From Cryomorphaceae bacterium (GTDB taxonomy: Bacteria > Bacteroidota > Bacteroidia > Flavobacteriales > Schleiferiaceae), in contig JAYPCB010000004.1 of the NCBI GenBank assembly GCA_038124525.1, positions 1 to 42,200 of the forward strand: 42,200 nt of DNA. The letters run 5' to 3'. A program made the translations under genes and the position numbers. Shown one piece after another: positions 25,751 through 34,821 of this stretch. Position 1 is the stretch's first letter. The number at the start of each line of letters is the position of its first letter. The notes beneath the pieces were generated by a model. That model was not told where the DNA came from. It did not search any database and saw only the letters and a program-made list of their open reading frames with translations.

Positions 25751-26982
25751 GAATATTCATCGCATTTGTAATGATCCTCGCGGCGCTTCCTGCCCGAGCA
25801 CAGGAGGAGATGGGGGGCATCGCGCTGAAGTACCCGTTTTTGGATACTAGCGCCAACCACTTGCAGTTTTTCGGCTCCGATAAGGGCATGGAGAAGTTCT
25901 ACGAGAAACTCGATCGGGCGATTTTTGAGCAGGAGGGCAAGGTCAATGTGGTGCACATGGGCGGGTCGCATGTTCAGGGCGGGACCTTGAGTCACACGTT
26001 GCGCTCGCAGCTAGGAGAATTGGCCCCATCCCTAAATATCGAACGCGGTTTCTTCTTCCCGCATCGCTTGGCGAATACCAATATGCCGGGCAATATCTAT
26101 GTGAAGAAAATAGGGACCTGGGAAGGATGTCGAAATAGCATTCCACGCAATAATTGTCCGTGGGGTTTTAGCGGGATTGATGCCATCACCCGGGATGCAG
26201 AGGCTGGATTTGAACTGCAGAGCTTCCGCGAGGCGGGCAAGGCCTATGGATTTACAGAGCTGCGTTTTTTTGAGCACAGCTCGAGCAATACGATGGTGCC
26301 CGTAGGGGTGCCGGCACCAGATTCTGTGGCCGTCGATACGGTGGCCGGAGTGCGCCGTTGGTTCTACAAAGAGCTGCAGGATTCGGTCGCCATTCGTTTT
26401 GAGGTGGCCGAGGATGAAGATCCTCAGTATACCCTGCAAGGGGTGCAGATGTTGCGCGAAGAGGCGGGATTGGTCTACCATGCCCTTGGGGTCAATGGTG
26501 CCGCGACGAAAAGCTTCTTGCGCAGTGAGAACTTTGTGGAGCAGGGCAAATACGTAGGGGCGGATTTGGTCATTTTTGGGCTAGGCATTAACGATGCGTA
26601 CAAGCCCGATAGTGAATGGCACCCGGAAGAGTACAAGATGCGTTACGATACGTTGGTGAATTGGTTCCGAGAAATCAATCCGGATTGCCAATTCATTTTC
26701 ATGACCAACAACGACAGCTACTACAAACGCCGCACGCCAAACGAGCACGCATTGGACGTTCAAGAGGTGATGCAGCAGCTCAGTAAAGAACACGATGCTG
26801 CGTATTGGGACCTGTTCCAAGTGATGGGCGGGTTGAACAGCATCGCTATTTGGGAAGAGAAAGGCTTGGCCAAATCTGATAAGATCCACTTTACGAACGC
26901 CGGGTATAGGCTCAATGCCACCTTGTTGTTCTGGGCCCTGTGGGAGGATTATGAAACACATTTACAATCCTTAGCGCCATGA
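25747..26982 (+). CDS. SGNH-like hydrolase, secreted
   Basis: Has a cleavable signal peptide (ALPARAQ), a block I variant HMGGSHVQGG, block III GLGINDA, and block V DKIHFT. It overlaps its neighbours by ATGA on both sides. Confidence 0.7.
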   Translation: MRIFIAFVMILAALPARAQEEMGGIALKYPFLDTSANHLQFFGSDKGMEKFYEKLDRAIFEQEGKVNVVHMGGSHVQGGTLSHTLRSQLGELAPSLNIERGFFFPHRLANTNMPGNIYVKKIGTWEGCRNSIPRNNCPWGFSGIDAITRDAEAGFELQSFREAGKAYGFTELRFFEHSSSNTMVPVGVPAPDSVAVDTVAGVRRWFYKELQDSVAIRFEVAEDEDPQYTLQGVQMLREEAGLVYHALGVNGAATKSFLRSENFVEQGKYVGADLVIFGLGINDAYKPDSEWHPEEYKMRYDTLVNWFREINPDCQFIFMTNNDSYYKRRTPNEHALDVQEVMQQLSKEHDAAYWDLFQVMGGLNSIAIWEEKGLAKSDKIHFTNAGYRLNATLLFWALWEDYETHLQSLAP

Positions 26983-28637
26983 TGGAACAACTCTCTACTT
27001 GGTTCACCTACGATCCGTCGACCCCGCTGCTCTTTACCCAGCAGTATTTCTGGGTCTTCTTTGCCTTGGTCATGGGCGGGTACAGTTTGATGTACAAGAA
27101 CACAGCACGCCGTAACATCTTCTTGTTCGCGGTTTCCTTGTTCTTCTACTACAAAACCAGCGGGTTCTATTTCATCATCCTGCTCTTTTCCACCCTGGCA
27201 GATTTCTTGATTGGCTGGGCCATCTATCGCAACAAAGTCAAGTGGCAACGACAAACACTCGTCGCCCTGAGCGTAGTGGTGAACCTCTCCGTCTTGGGCT
27301 ATTTTAAATATGCCTATTTCGTGGCTGATTTCATCCACGACCTCACCGGCATCGAACTCGAAGTCATCAATCACTTCGCCCTGTGGACCAATGAGGCCAT
27401 CGGCACGAACTTCATCTTCGACCGCATTCTATTGCCGGTTGGGATTTCCTTTTTCACCTTTCAGACCATTTCCTACAGTGTGGACATCTATCGCGGGCAC
27501 ATCAAGCCGGTGAAGAACATCTTGGATTTTGGGTTCTACGTGAGCTTCTTTCCACAGCTAGTGGCAGGGCCCATCGTGCGAGCCTCGGAGTTTATTCCTC
27601 AGCTGTATGAGCCGTACAAACTCTCCAAGGAGCGCGCGGGATTGGCGGTGTTCTGGATTTTGAACGGGTTGCTGAAGAAATTGGTCCTCGCAGATTACCT
27701 CGCAGTGCAATTCATCGATCGCGTGTTCGACAACCCGCAGCTCTATTCCGGATTCGAAACCATGAGTGCGCTGTTTGGATACTCGCTCCAAGTCTATGCG
27801 GATTTTTCGGGCTATACCGACGTGGCCATTGGGATAGCGATGCTCATGGGCTTCACCCTTCCAAAGAACTTTAACAGTCCGTACAAGGCAACGTCTGTGG
27901 CGGATTTCTGGCGCCGTTGGCACCTCTCCCTTAGCACTTGGCTCCGCGATTACCTCTACATCCCACTGGGAGGGAACAGAGAGGGGAGCATCGCTTCCTA
28001 CACCATAGTGTTCGCCTTCTTTTTGATGATTGCACTGATCGTGGGCAGCCCTTGGCTCAGCATAGGCTTGGCTGCTGTATTTGCACTAGGGGTTGTGTTG
28101 ATGCGCTACAGCCGCGGCACAGAGCGTTGGGTGAATACCAACATCAACCTGATGCTCACCATGGTGCTGGGCGGATTGTGGCACGGCTCTTCGTGGAACT
28201 TCGTTACCTGGGGTACGCTCAATGGTGTGGGGTTGGTCGTGTACAAGAATTGGAAGAAAATCTCCCCTTGGGCCGACAAGAGTAAAGCCTACAATAAAGC
28301 CATCGGGTTGGTGCTCACCTTGGTGTTCATCACATTCACGCGGGCTTGGTTTAGGTCGCCGACTTGGGAAGGTGCCATAGGTATTCTGTCTAAGATTCCT
28401 TCGGACTTCGGCTGGGATACCGTTGGGGAGGTGTTGGTGGCCAATTGGAAATTCTATGCCGTCCTCATTCTCGGTTACCTCATCCACTGGATACCGAGCG
28501 TGCACAAGGAGAAGATGCGTCAATGGGTAAGCGCTGCTTCCGTGTGGACGTTGTTCTTGCTCAGTGTTGCTGCCGTCGCGGTCATTTACCAAATCTTAAG
28601 TGCTGAGGTTCAGCCGTTCATTTACTTTGCGTTCTAA
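26979..28637 (+). CDS. MBOAT family O-acyltransferase (AlgI/PatA/DltB-like)
   Basis: Polytopic membrane protein with FWRRWHLSLSTWLRDYLYIPLGGN and the GGLWHG histidine motif. Confidence 0.9.
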   Translation: MMEQLSTWFTYDPSTPLLFTQQYFWVFFALVMGGYSLMYKNTARRNIFLFAVSLFFYYKTSGFYFIILLFSTLADFLIGWAIYRNKVKWQRQTLVALSVVVNLSVLGYFKYAYFVADFIHDLTGIELEVINHFALWTNEAIGTNFIFDRILLPVGISFFTFQTISYSVDIYRGHIKPVKNILDFGFYVSFFPQLVAGPIVRASEFIPQLYEPYKLSKERAGLAVFWILNGLLKKLVLADYLAVQFIDRVFDNPQLYSGFETMSALFGYSLQVYADFSGYTDVAIGIAMLMGFTLPKNFNSPYKATSVADFWRRWHLSLSTWLRDYLYIPLGGNREGSIASYTIVFAFFLMIALIVGSPWLSIGLAAVFALGVVLMRYSRGTERWVNTNINLMLTMVLGGLWHGSSWNFVTWGTLNGVGLVVYKNWKKISPWADKSKAYNKAIGLVLTLVFITFTRAWFRSPTWEGAIGILSKIPSDFGWDTVGEVLVANWKFYAVLILGYLIHWIPSVHKEKMRQWVSAASVWTLFLLSVAAVAVIYQILSAEVQPFIYFAF

Positions 28638-28674
28638 ACGTCCTTGTGTATCTTAACGCAAACACATCACGGAC

Positions 28675-29766
28675 ATGTCGAAACGCATTTATTGGGCCGG
28701 AGCATTATCGGTTCTTCTTTTAGTATTTGCCCTTTGGAAGGGCGTGAAGGGTCAACAAGATCTTGTCGGGCCAGTGCATGTTCCGTTGTTTGAAGGCAAT
28801 GAAGAGTTGAGCTTTCGGGGCCTGCATGCCACCCAAGATTCTGTCGTCGTCGTTGGCGGAAACAAAGGGGTGTTCGGCTTCAGTCTGGATGCCGGTATTC
28901 ATTGGATCTTTCAGCACATCCCTGAATCCGGGGAAAGTCAGTTTCGCAGTGTTTGGGCGCTCAACGACAAAGAGTTTGTGGCCGTAAGCGCAGGAGCACC
29001 GACCTACATCTACCACACGGATACTCGTGGACAGCAGTGGAGCAGAGTCTTTGCAGATACCGCACAGAGCACCTTTTTGGACGGGGTAGTCTTTGTAAAC
29101 GATAGTATAGGATATATCTACGGCGACCCTGTGGATGGCCGTTTCAAACTGCTGCGCACAGGGGACGGCGGTCGCTCTTGGACTGAGATTGAAGGCCCCG
29201 AGGCTATTGATGGTGAAGCAAGCTTTGCCGCCAGTGGATCCGCCATTACCGTGGGCAATAACATCATGTCCATTGTCTCGGGCGGAACGGTAAGTCGATT
29301 GCACGTAACGATGGATTTGCGCGATGGATTGGGTTGGACGCCTTCGTACATAGAATTGGCCCAAGGAACGCCTTCTCAGGGCGCCTTTGCACATTATTGG
29401 GACCAGGAAAAACTTTACATCGTCGGTGGGGATTATATGGATGAGGAAAATACCTACAGAACTTCACTCGTGGCAGATTTAATGACCGGGCAGGACGATA
29501 CCGCGACTATGAAAAAGTTGGCCGAGTTGCCTTACACTTCGGATGTGTGTAGCGACGGGGAGCACCTCTACTTTACAGGTACCACAGGCATTCGCTATCT
29601 AGACAGTGCTTTGCATGTGATGGACACTACCGCCATGCACGCCCTTGCCTTTAGTGGGAAATATGTATTTTCTTCTGGGCCAAGTGGCAGGATAGGACGC
29701 ATCTTTACAGGGACTACGCAAGAATTGAATGCCCTTTTAGGCGCACAAAAAAACAGAGATAAATAG
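28675..29766 (+). CDS. BNR/Asp-box beta-propeller protein (Ycf48-like)
   Basis: Has an N-terminal anchor, repeated SxDxGxxW-like motifs (TGDGGRSWTEI, DTRGQQWSRV, LDAGIHW) and hydrophobic blade repeats. Confidence 0.6.
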   Translation: MSKRIYWAGALSVLLLVFALWKGVKGQQDLVGPVHVPLFEGNEELSFRGLHATQDSVVVVGGNKGVFGFSLDAGIHWIFQHIPESGESQFRSVWALNDKEFVAVSAGAPTYIYHTDTRGQQWSRVFADTAQSTFLDGVVFVNDSIGYIYGDPVDGRFKLLRTGDGGRSWTEIEGPEAIDGEASFAASGSAITVGNNIMSIVSGGTVSRLHVTMDLRDGLGWTPSYIELAQGTPSQGAFAHYWDQEKLYIVGGDYMDEENTYRTSLVADLMTGQDDTATMKKLAELPYTSDVCSDGEHLYFTGTTGIRYLDSALHVMDTTAMHALAFSGKYVFSSGPSGRIGRIFTGTTQELNALLGAQKNRDK

Positions 29767-31989
29767 ATGGAAGGCACACCAAGTGGAGGATTAAAAGGGC
29801 TAGTACAGCACTGGAAGAGTGATTTGATTGCGGCGGTCAGCGTAGCACTCATCGCCTTGCCGCTTTCCTTGGGTATTGCCTTGGCCGCAGGTGCCCCAGC
29901 CATGGCAGGGATATTCTCCGCTGTTGTGGGGGGTGTGGTCACCACATTCTACCGCGGAGGTCATATTTCCGTCAACGGACCGGCCAAAGGGGTTATCGGG
30001 GTCATTCTGTTGGGGATTGTCTTGATGGACGACGGCACGGGTCAAGCCTTCAACTATGTGCTTGCTGCCGCAGTGGTTTCTGGGGCGCTACAGACGTTGT
30101 TGGGGATCTTTAAGCTGGGACGTATTGCAGATATTTTCCACGGTTCGGTCATTCAAGGACTCTTGGCGGCCATTGGGATCATCATTTTCGCCAAGCAGAT
30201 TCATGTAGCCCTTGGTACCCATTCTGAAGGCGCAAATATCGTCGATAACCTGGTGGATGCCGTGGTGATGCTCCCGCACGCCAATCCTTTTGTGGTATTG
30301 ATATCACTGGCGGGATTGTTGATGATTTTGTTCAACAGTAAGATTACCAACCGCTTCTTCCACTTCTTGCCGGTGCCGATGTGGGTCATCGTACTCTCGT
30401 TGCCCTTTGTATATGCCTTCAACTTTTTTGAGCCCCACCAGATTTCGTTCTTAGGCAACTCTTTTGCTGTAGGCCCGGAGCTCTTGTTGGATATTCCCGA
30501 TACCATAATAGATTCGATCATGCACCCCAACTTTGGGAAAATCAATACGCTGGAATTCTGGGGAATCGTGTTCTCGATGTTGATCATCACGAGTATTGAA
30601 CACTTGGCCATTGCCAAGGCTGTAGATAAAATCGATCCGTACAAACGCAAAACGGATTTGAATAAGGATCTGACGGGAATAGGGATCAGTACCATGATCA
30701 GCGGGCTAATAGGTGGTTTGCCTATTATTTCAGTGATTATACGAAGCACTGTAAACGTACAGAATGGGGCAAAAACTAGATGGTCCAATATGTACCAGGG
30801 ATTGCTTTTGCTGCTGTTCATTGTGGTGCTCAGTCCTATCATGCGCCAAGTGCCGCTCTGTGCCTTCGCCATTCTATTGGTGCATACAGGCTTTAAATTG
30901 GCTTCGCCTGCCGTGTTCAAACAGGTGTATAATCAAGGAATTGAGCAACTAGTGTTCTTCATGATCACCATGGTGATCACCTTGTATACCAACCTTCTGG
31001 TCGGTTTGTTGGGGGGTTCCATTTTAGTATTGGTCACACACATACTCTTGGCGCGCATTCCGGTGCCGCAATTCTTCAAACTGGTCTATTCGTCCCGAAC
31101 TAGATTAATCTCGTTGCCCGACAGTAGTTTTATCCTGAAGGTGCGCGGCATTGCCAATTTCTTGGGCATTATCAAGATGGACAAATTGGTCGCACAAATT
31201 CCTGCGGACGCCGATGTAAACATTGACCTCTCCGAAACCCGACTGGTGGACATGTCGTACATGGATTACCTCGTTGAGTTTTTGAACAAGCAAAGAGAGT
31301 CGGGAGGGAAAGTCTTCATTTCAGGACTGGACGCCCATATTTCCTCATCCACCTACAACAAGGCATTGAAGTTCATGGTGACCAGCGAGAGTGTGAAGCT
31401 GACGCACCGCGAAAAACGGCTTCGGAATTTAGCTACTGAAAAGGGTTACAGTTATGTACGCGAGGTAAACTGGAACACGAGCTACCTCAAGCAATTCCAC
31501 TTCTTCGAAATCCGGCCTATTGAGCGCAAGAACAATTGTTTGAACGGCTTCTACAAAGACAAAGAGGCGAGTTGGGAGATTGCCGATGTGATTTTCAATG
31601 AGGGGAAGGCCTTCATGGCAGAAACCTTCAATACCACCTTGATGGTCCTCAAACTCAATCGTGCACTGCCTATCTTCACGATGGAGCGCGAAAAGGCGTA
31701 CGAGAAGCTGTTCGACCGTGTCATCGCCTTCACGGGATATAAAGACATTGAATTCAAGATGTTCTCGAAATTCTCCAAGAAATTCATGGTGATGGGAGAG
31801 GACGAAAAGGAGTTGCAATCTTTCTTTACTAAGGAAGTGGTCCAATTCTTTGAAGACCACCAAATCTCCCATGTTGAAAGCAACGGCGAGGCCCTGCTCA
31901 TCTTCAATAAGCTGAAGCTTGCCCGCACGGATGAGACGCTAGAATTCATTGACTATGGGGAGGAATTGGCCAACTTACTCCATGCGTAA
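29767..31989 (+). CDS. SulP family anion transporter with a STAS domain plus an extra 216-aa C-terminal region
   Basis: Has the SulP N-terminal signature LIAAVSVALIALPLSLGIALAAGAP and multiple TM helices. The STAS-like region is FILKVRGIANFLG...VFISGL. The ATG directly abuts the stop of the BNR gene. Confidence 0.85.
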   Translation: MEGTPSGGLKGLVQHWKSDLIAAVSVALIALPLSLGIALAAGAPAMAGIFSAVVGGVVTTFYRGGHISVNGPAKGVIGVILLGIVLMDDGTGQAFNYVLAAAVVSGALQTLLGIFKLGRIADIFHGSVIQGLLAAIGIIIFAKQIHVALGTHSEGANIVDNLVDAVVMLPHANPFVVLISLAGLLMILFNSKITNRFFHFLPVPMWVIVLSLPFVYAFNFFEPHQISFLGNSFAVGPELLLDIPDTIIDSIMHPNFGKINTLEFWGIVFSMLIITSIEHLAIAKAVDKIDPYKRKTDLNKDLTGIGISTMISGLIGGLPIISVIIRSTVNVQNGAKTRWSNMYQGLLLLLFIVVLSPIMRQVPLCAFAILLVHTGFKLASPAVFKQVYNQGIEQLVFFMITMVITLYTNLLVGLLGGSILVLVTHILLARIPVPQFFKLVYSSRTRLISLPDSSFILKVRGIANFLGIIKMDKLVAQIPADADVNIDLSETRLVDMSYMDYLVEFLNKQRESGGKVFISGLDAHISSSTYNKALKFMVTSESVKLTHREKRLRNLATEKGYSYVREVNWNTSYLKQFHFFEIRPIERKNNCLNGFYKDKEASWEIADVIFNEGKAFMAETFNTTLMVLKLNRALPIFTMEREKAYEKLFDRVIAFTGYKDIEFKMFSKFSKKFMVMGEDEKELQSFFTKEVVQFFEDHQISHVESNGEALLIFNKLKLARTDETLEFIDYGEELANLLHA

Positions 31990-32055
31990 TCACGCCGGTG
32001 GTAGCGGCCTCAGCACAAAGACCTTAAAGGAGATGGCGAAGTGGGAATTGATGGT

Positions 32056-32063
32056 TAATTTTG
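32056..32063 (+). promoter_or_regulatory. -7 box (TAatTTTG) upstream of miaE
   Basis: Exact motif 31 nt upstream of the ATG at 32095. Confidence 0.4.
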
Positions 32064-32094
32064 CGGCCCAGCAGCGCGATAAAATCAGTTTCTC

Positions 32095-32682
32095 ATGAGT
32101 ATGTTAGGTTTGAAACTGCCCACCGACCCAAGATGGGCAAACATTGCAGAAAAGAACATTGAGGAGATCTTAACGGATCACGCATATTGTGAGCAAAAGG
32201 CTGCATCACAGGCGATCAGCCTGATCATAGGATATCCTGAGAAATCTGAACTCGTCGATAAAATGACCGCACTCGCCCGCGAAGAGATGGGCCATTTCCA
32301 GATGGTGCACAATAGAATGATGCAGCGCGGTATGGTCTTGGGGCGTGAACGCCGCGATGAATATGTCAACGAACTACAAACCTATTTTCACAAGGGTGTG
32401 AACCGCGAAGAGCGCTTGGCGCAAAAGCTGTTGCTCTGTGCACTCATTGAAGCACGCAGTTGTGAGCGGTTTAAGGTGTTGAGCGAGAATATCGAAGACG
32501 AAGAATTGGCCTCCTTCTACCATACCCTTATGATTTCTGAGGCCAACCATTACACCATGTTTATTACCCTCGCCCGTAAGTACTTTGACCGCGAGAAGGT
32601 CGATGAGATGTGGGAGGGATTATTAGCATTTGAAGCGGAGGTGATGTCAAAATTGGGCAACACTGAACGCATACACGGATAA
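32095..32682 (+). CDS. miaE: tRNA-(ms2io6A37)-hydroxylase MiaE (ferritin-like di-iron)
   Basis: Has PTDPRW, DHAYCEQKAA, EEMGHF, ARSCERF and SEANHY, matching the MiaE ExxH pattern. Confidence 0.8.
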   Translation: MSMLGLKLPTDPRWANIAEKNIEEILTDHAYCEQKAASQAISLIIGYPEKSELVDKMTALAREEMGHFQMVHNRMMQRGMVLGRERRDEYVNELQTYFHKGVNREERLAQKLLLCALIEARSCERFKVLSENIEDEELASFYHTLMISEANHYTMFITLARKYFDREKVDEMWEGLLAFEAEVMSKLGNTERIHG

Positions 32683-32704
32683 AAGAACCACTTATACACA
32701 GAAG

Positions 32705-33799
32705 ATGTCAGATTTAAAATCAACAGTACTAGAAGCCACCCACATTGAAATGGGCGCAAAAATGGTCCCATTCGCAGGCTACAACATGCCCGTGCAGTAC
32801 AGCGGACTAAAAAATGAACACCACGCCGTACGTGAAGCGGCAGGGATGTTTGACGTGAGCCACATGGGCGAGTTTTTCGTCGAAGGCCCGGATGCCTTGC
32901 TATTCTTGCAAAAGGTGACCTCGAACGACGTTAGTAAACTCTTGCCAGGTAAGATTCAATACAGTTGCATGCCGAATGAAGAAGGCGGTATTGTGGATGA
33001 TTTGTTGGTGTATTGTTTCAGCAATGAGCACTTCTTGCTCGTGGTGAACGCATCGAACATGGAGAAAGACTGGAACCATTTGATGCAATACACAGCAGGC
33101 TTTGATGTGACCATGCGCAACGATAGCGATGCGTATTCACTCTTGGCGGTTCAAGGTCCAAAGGCAACGGAAATCCTACAGTCTTTGACCGGTGTGGATT
33201 TGGCAGAGATCAAGTACTACCACTTTGTCATCGGTGAGATGGCTGGTATTTCGGATGTAATCATCTCAGCAACCGGTTATACCGGTGCGGGTGGTTTTGA
33301 ATTGTATGTATTCAATCAGGATGCTAAGAAACTCTGGGATGCCGTAATGGCGGCCGGCGAACCGCACGGTTTGTTGCCTGCAGGTTTGGGTGCCCGTGAT
33401 ACGTTGCGCCTAGAGATGGGGATGTGTTTGTACGGCAATGATATTGACGATACTACCAGCCCTTTAGAAGCCGGTTTAGGCTGGATTACAAAGTTTACAA
33501 AGGAGTTCGTTTCCTCTGAGAAGTTCGCGGCACAGAAAGAGGCGGGCGTGAGCCAGAAGCTCGTCGGATTTGAAATGATCGACCGGGGCATTCCAAGACA
33601 CGGCTACGAGATTGCGGATCTAGAAGGTAATGTCATTGGACGTGTGACTTCAGGAACCAACAGTCCTACTACCGGTAAAAATATCGGGATGGGGTATGTT
33701 CCGGTGGCACTGGCCGAGGAAGGCAGTGAGTTCACGGTAGTGATTCGAGAGAAGCTCATTAAAGCACAGGTAGTGAAACTGCCGTTCGTGAAGAAATAA
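32705..33799 (+). CDS. gcvT: Glycine cleavage system aminomethyltransferase GcvT
   Basis: Has FAGYNMPVQY, EHHAVREAAGMFDVSHMGEF, LAVQGPKA and GARDTLRLEMG. Confidence 0.95.
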   Translation: MSDLKSTVLEATHIEMGAKMVPFAGYNMPVQYSGLKNEHHAVREAAGMFDVSHMGEFFVEGPDALLFLQKVTSNDVSKLLPGKIQYSCMPNEEGGIVDDLLVYCFSNEHFLLVVNASNMEKDWNHLMQYTAGFDVTMRNDSDAYSLLAVQGPKATEILQSLTGVDLAEIKYYHFVIGEMAGISDVIISATGYTGAGGFELYVFNQDAKKLWDAVMAAGEPHGLLPAGLGARDTLRLEMGMCLYGNDIDDTTSPLEAGLGWITKFTKEFVSSEKFAAQKEAGVSQKLVGFEMIDRGIPRHGYEIADLEGNVIGRVTSGTNSPTTGKNIGMGYVPVALAEEGSEFTVVIREKLIKAQVVKLPFVKK

Positions 33800-33801
33800 C
33801 A

Positions 33802-33825
33802 AACGCCCTTCGGGGCGTTTTTTTT
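33802..33825 (+). terminator. Intrinsic terminator of gcvT
   Basis: AACGCCC-ttcg-GGGCGTT followed by a T-run. Confidence 0.8.
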
Positions 33826-33830
33826 GGCGC

Positions 33831-33863
33831 AAAAAAAAGTAGCGCTGCTTTCCCCAGCGCTAC
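33831..33863 (-). terminator. Intrinsic terminator of the 78-aa gene
   Basis: GTAGCGCT (33839-33846) pairs with AGCGCTAC (33856-33863). The plus-strand A8 reads as T8 on the minus strand. Confidence 0.6.
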
Positions 33864-33901
33864 CTTAACCCAAATACAAACAGAGTGAACGGAAAGATTG
33901 T

Positions 33902-34138
33902 TTATGCGTGAACAGCGTCCAACTCTGCTTTGATGGCTTCGCCTGCAGGGTGGTGGCTGTATCGTTCTAAATACTCATTAATAGGGTAAGTATATTCCTT
34001 ACATCTATTGTAGTTCAAACACTTCAACTCACGAACTACATCGTTATCCAAATCCAAGTATACCTCGATTACGCTCTCAGGATTGTTGATCGTGTACAAA
34101 GGTGCATTGGCGGTTGATACGTTGTGTGCGTCAGTCAT
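33902..34138 (-). CDS. Hypothetical 78-aa protein
   Basis: Has its own -7 box (34194-34201) and terminator. I recognise no motif. Confidence 0.5.
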   Translation of the reverse strand: MTDAHNVSTANAPLYTINNPESVIEVYLDLDNDVVRELKCLNYNRCKEYTYPINEYLERYSHHPAGEAIKAELDAVHA

Positions 34139-34193
34139 GAATATGCTTTTTTGATTTTTAAATAAGGATTGTCCTTAATTATTGTGTTCGGTA

Positions 34194-34201
34194 CAAAAAT
34201 A
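34194..34201 (-). promoter_or_regulatory. -7 box (TAttTTTG) for the 78-aa gene
   Basis: Plus-strand CAAAAATA lies 55 nt upstream of the ATG at 34138. Confidence 0.35.
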
Positions 34202-34293
34202 CGATGCGTTTTTTGAATGAGAAATAAAATTCTACCTAAATTTGTGCAATAATTAGCGTTTTAAATTGTGAATACTGCAAAATGCTTATTCCT

Positions 34294-34301
34294 TACTTTT
34301 G
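34294..34301 (+). promoter_or_regulatory. -7 box (TActTTTG) for the Lrp/AsnC gene
   Basis: Exact motif 19 nt upstream of the ATG at 34321. Confidence 0.4.
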
Positions 34302-34320
34302 CGAACGTTAACTCACACTT

Positions 34321-34788
34321 ATGAAAATCGATAAACTCGACAAGCAAATTCTAGAGTACTTGGTAAAGGACGCTAGAAAGCCATTCACCGAAATTGCCAA
34401 GGACTTATTGGTTAGCCCAGGAACCATTCACGTACGTGTAAAGAAGATGGAATCTTTGGGGATTATCAAGAGTACCTCCATCAGTGTTAATTACGAAAAA
34501 TTGGGCTTTGGATTCATCGCCTACGTAGGTCTGTATACAAAGCGTTCCTTGTCTTCGCCGGATATCATCGAGCTCTTGCGCGAAGTGCCGGAAGTAACGG
34601 TAGCACATTTGGCTACGGGTAAATACGGGATATTCTGTAAGATTCGATGCCGCGACGCCTCTCACGCGAAAGACGTGATCTTTCGCATCAACGACATAGA
34701 AGGGGTAGAAAACACCGAGAGTATGATCAGCTTGGAAGAAAGCATCAACTCAAATGCTGGGCTACTGCAACTTATCATCAACGAATAA
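34321..34788 (+). CDS. Lrp/AsnC family transcriptional regulator
   Basis: Has an HTH (LDKQILEYLVKDARKPFTEIAKDLLVSPGTIHVRVKKMESLGIIK) plus a RAM-like C-terminal domain. Confidence 0.9.
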   Translation: MKIDKLDKQILEYLVKDARKPFTEIAKDLLVSPGTIHVRVKKMESLGIIKSTSISVNYEKLGFGFIAYVGLYTKRSLSSPDIIELLREVPEVTVAHLATGKYGIFCKIRCRDASHAKDVIFRINDIEGVENTESMISLEESINSNAGLLQLIINE

Positions 34789-34819
34789 AAAAAACCGGGG
34801 CGCGAGCCCCGGTTTTTTT
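34787..34819. terminator. Bidirectional terminator between the Lrp and gap genes
   Basis: A8-CCGGGGC-gcga-GCCCCGG-T7. Confidence 0.8.
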
Positions 34820-34821
34820 CT

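Noticed and set aside
30201-30920. 239-aa minus-strand ORF inside the SulP gene. The same applies to 28720-29394 opposite the BNR gene, 28086-28592 opposite the MBOAT, and 22601-23173 opposite rimO.
   Set aside because: All are antisense to genes with strong family signatures. They have no start context, promoter box or motif, so I treat them as frame-shadow artefacts.
32683-32704. Expected glycine riboswitch upstream of gcvT
   Set aside because: Only 22 nt separate miaE and gcvT, which is too short for any riboswitch. gcvT appears to be co-transcribed with miaE.
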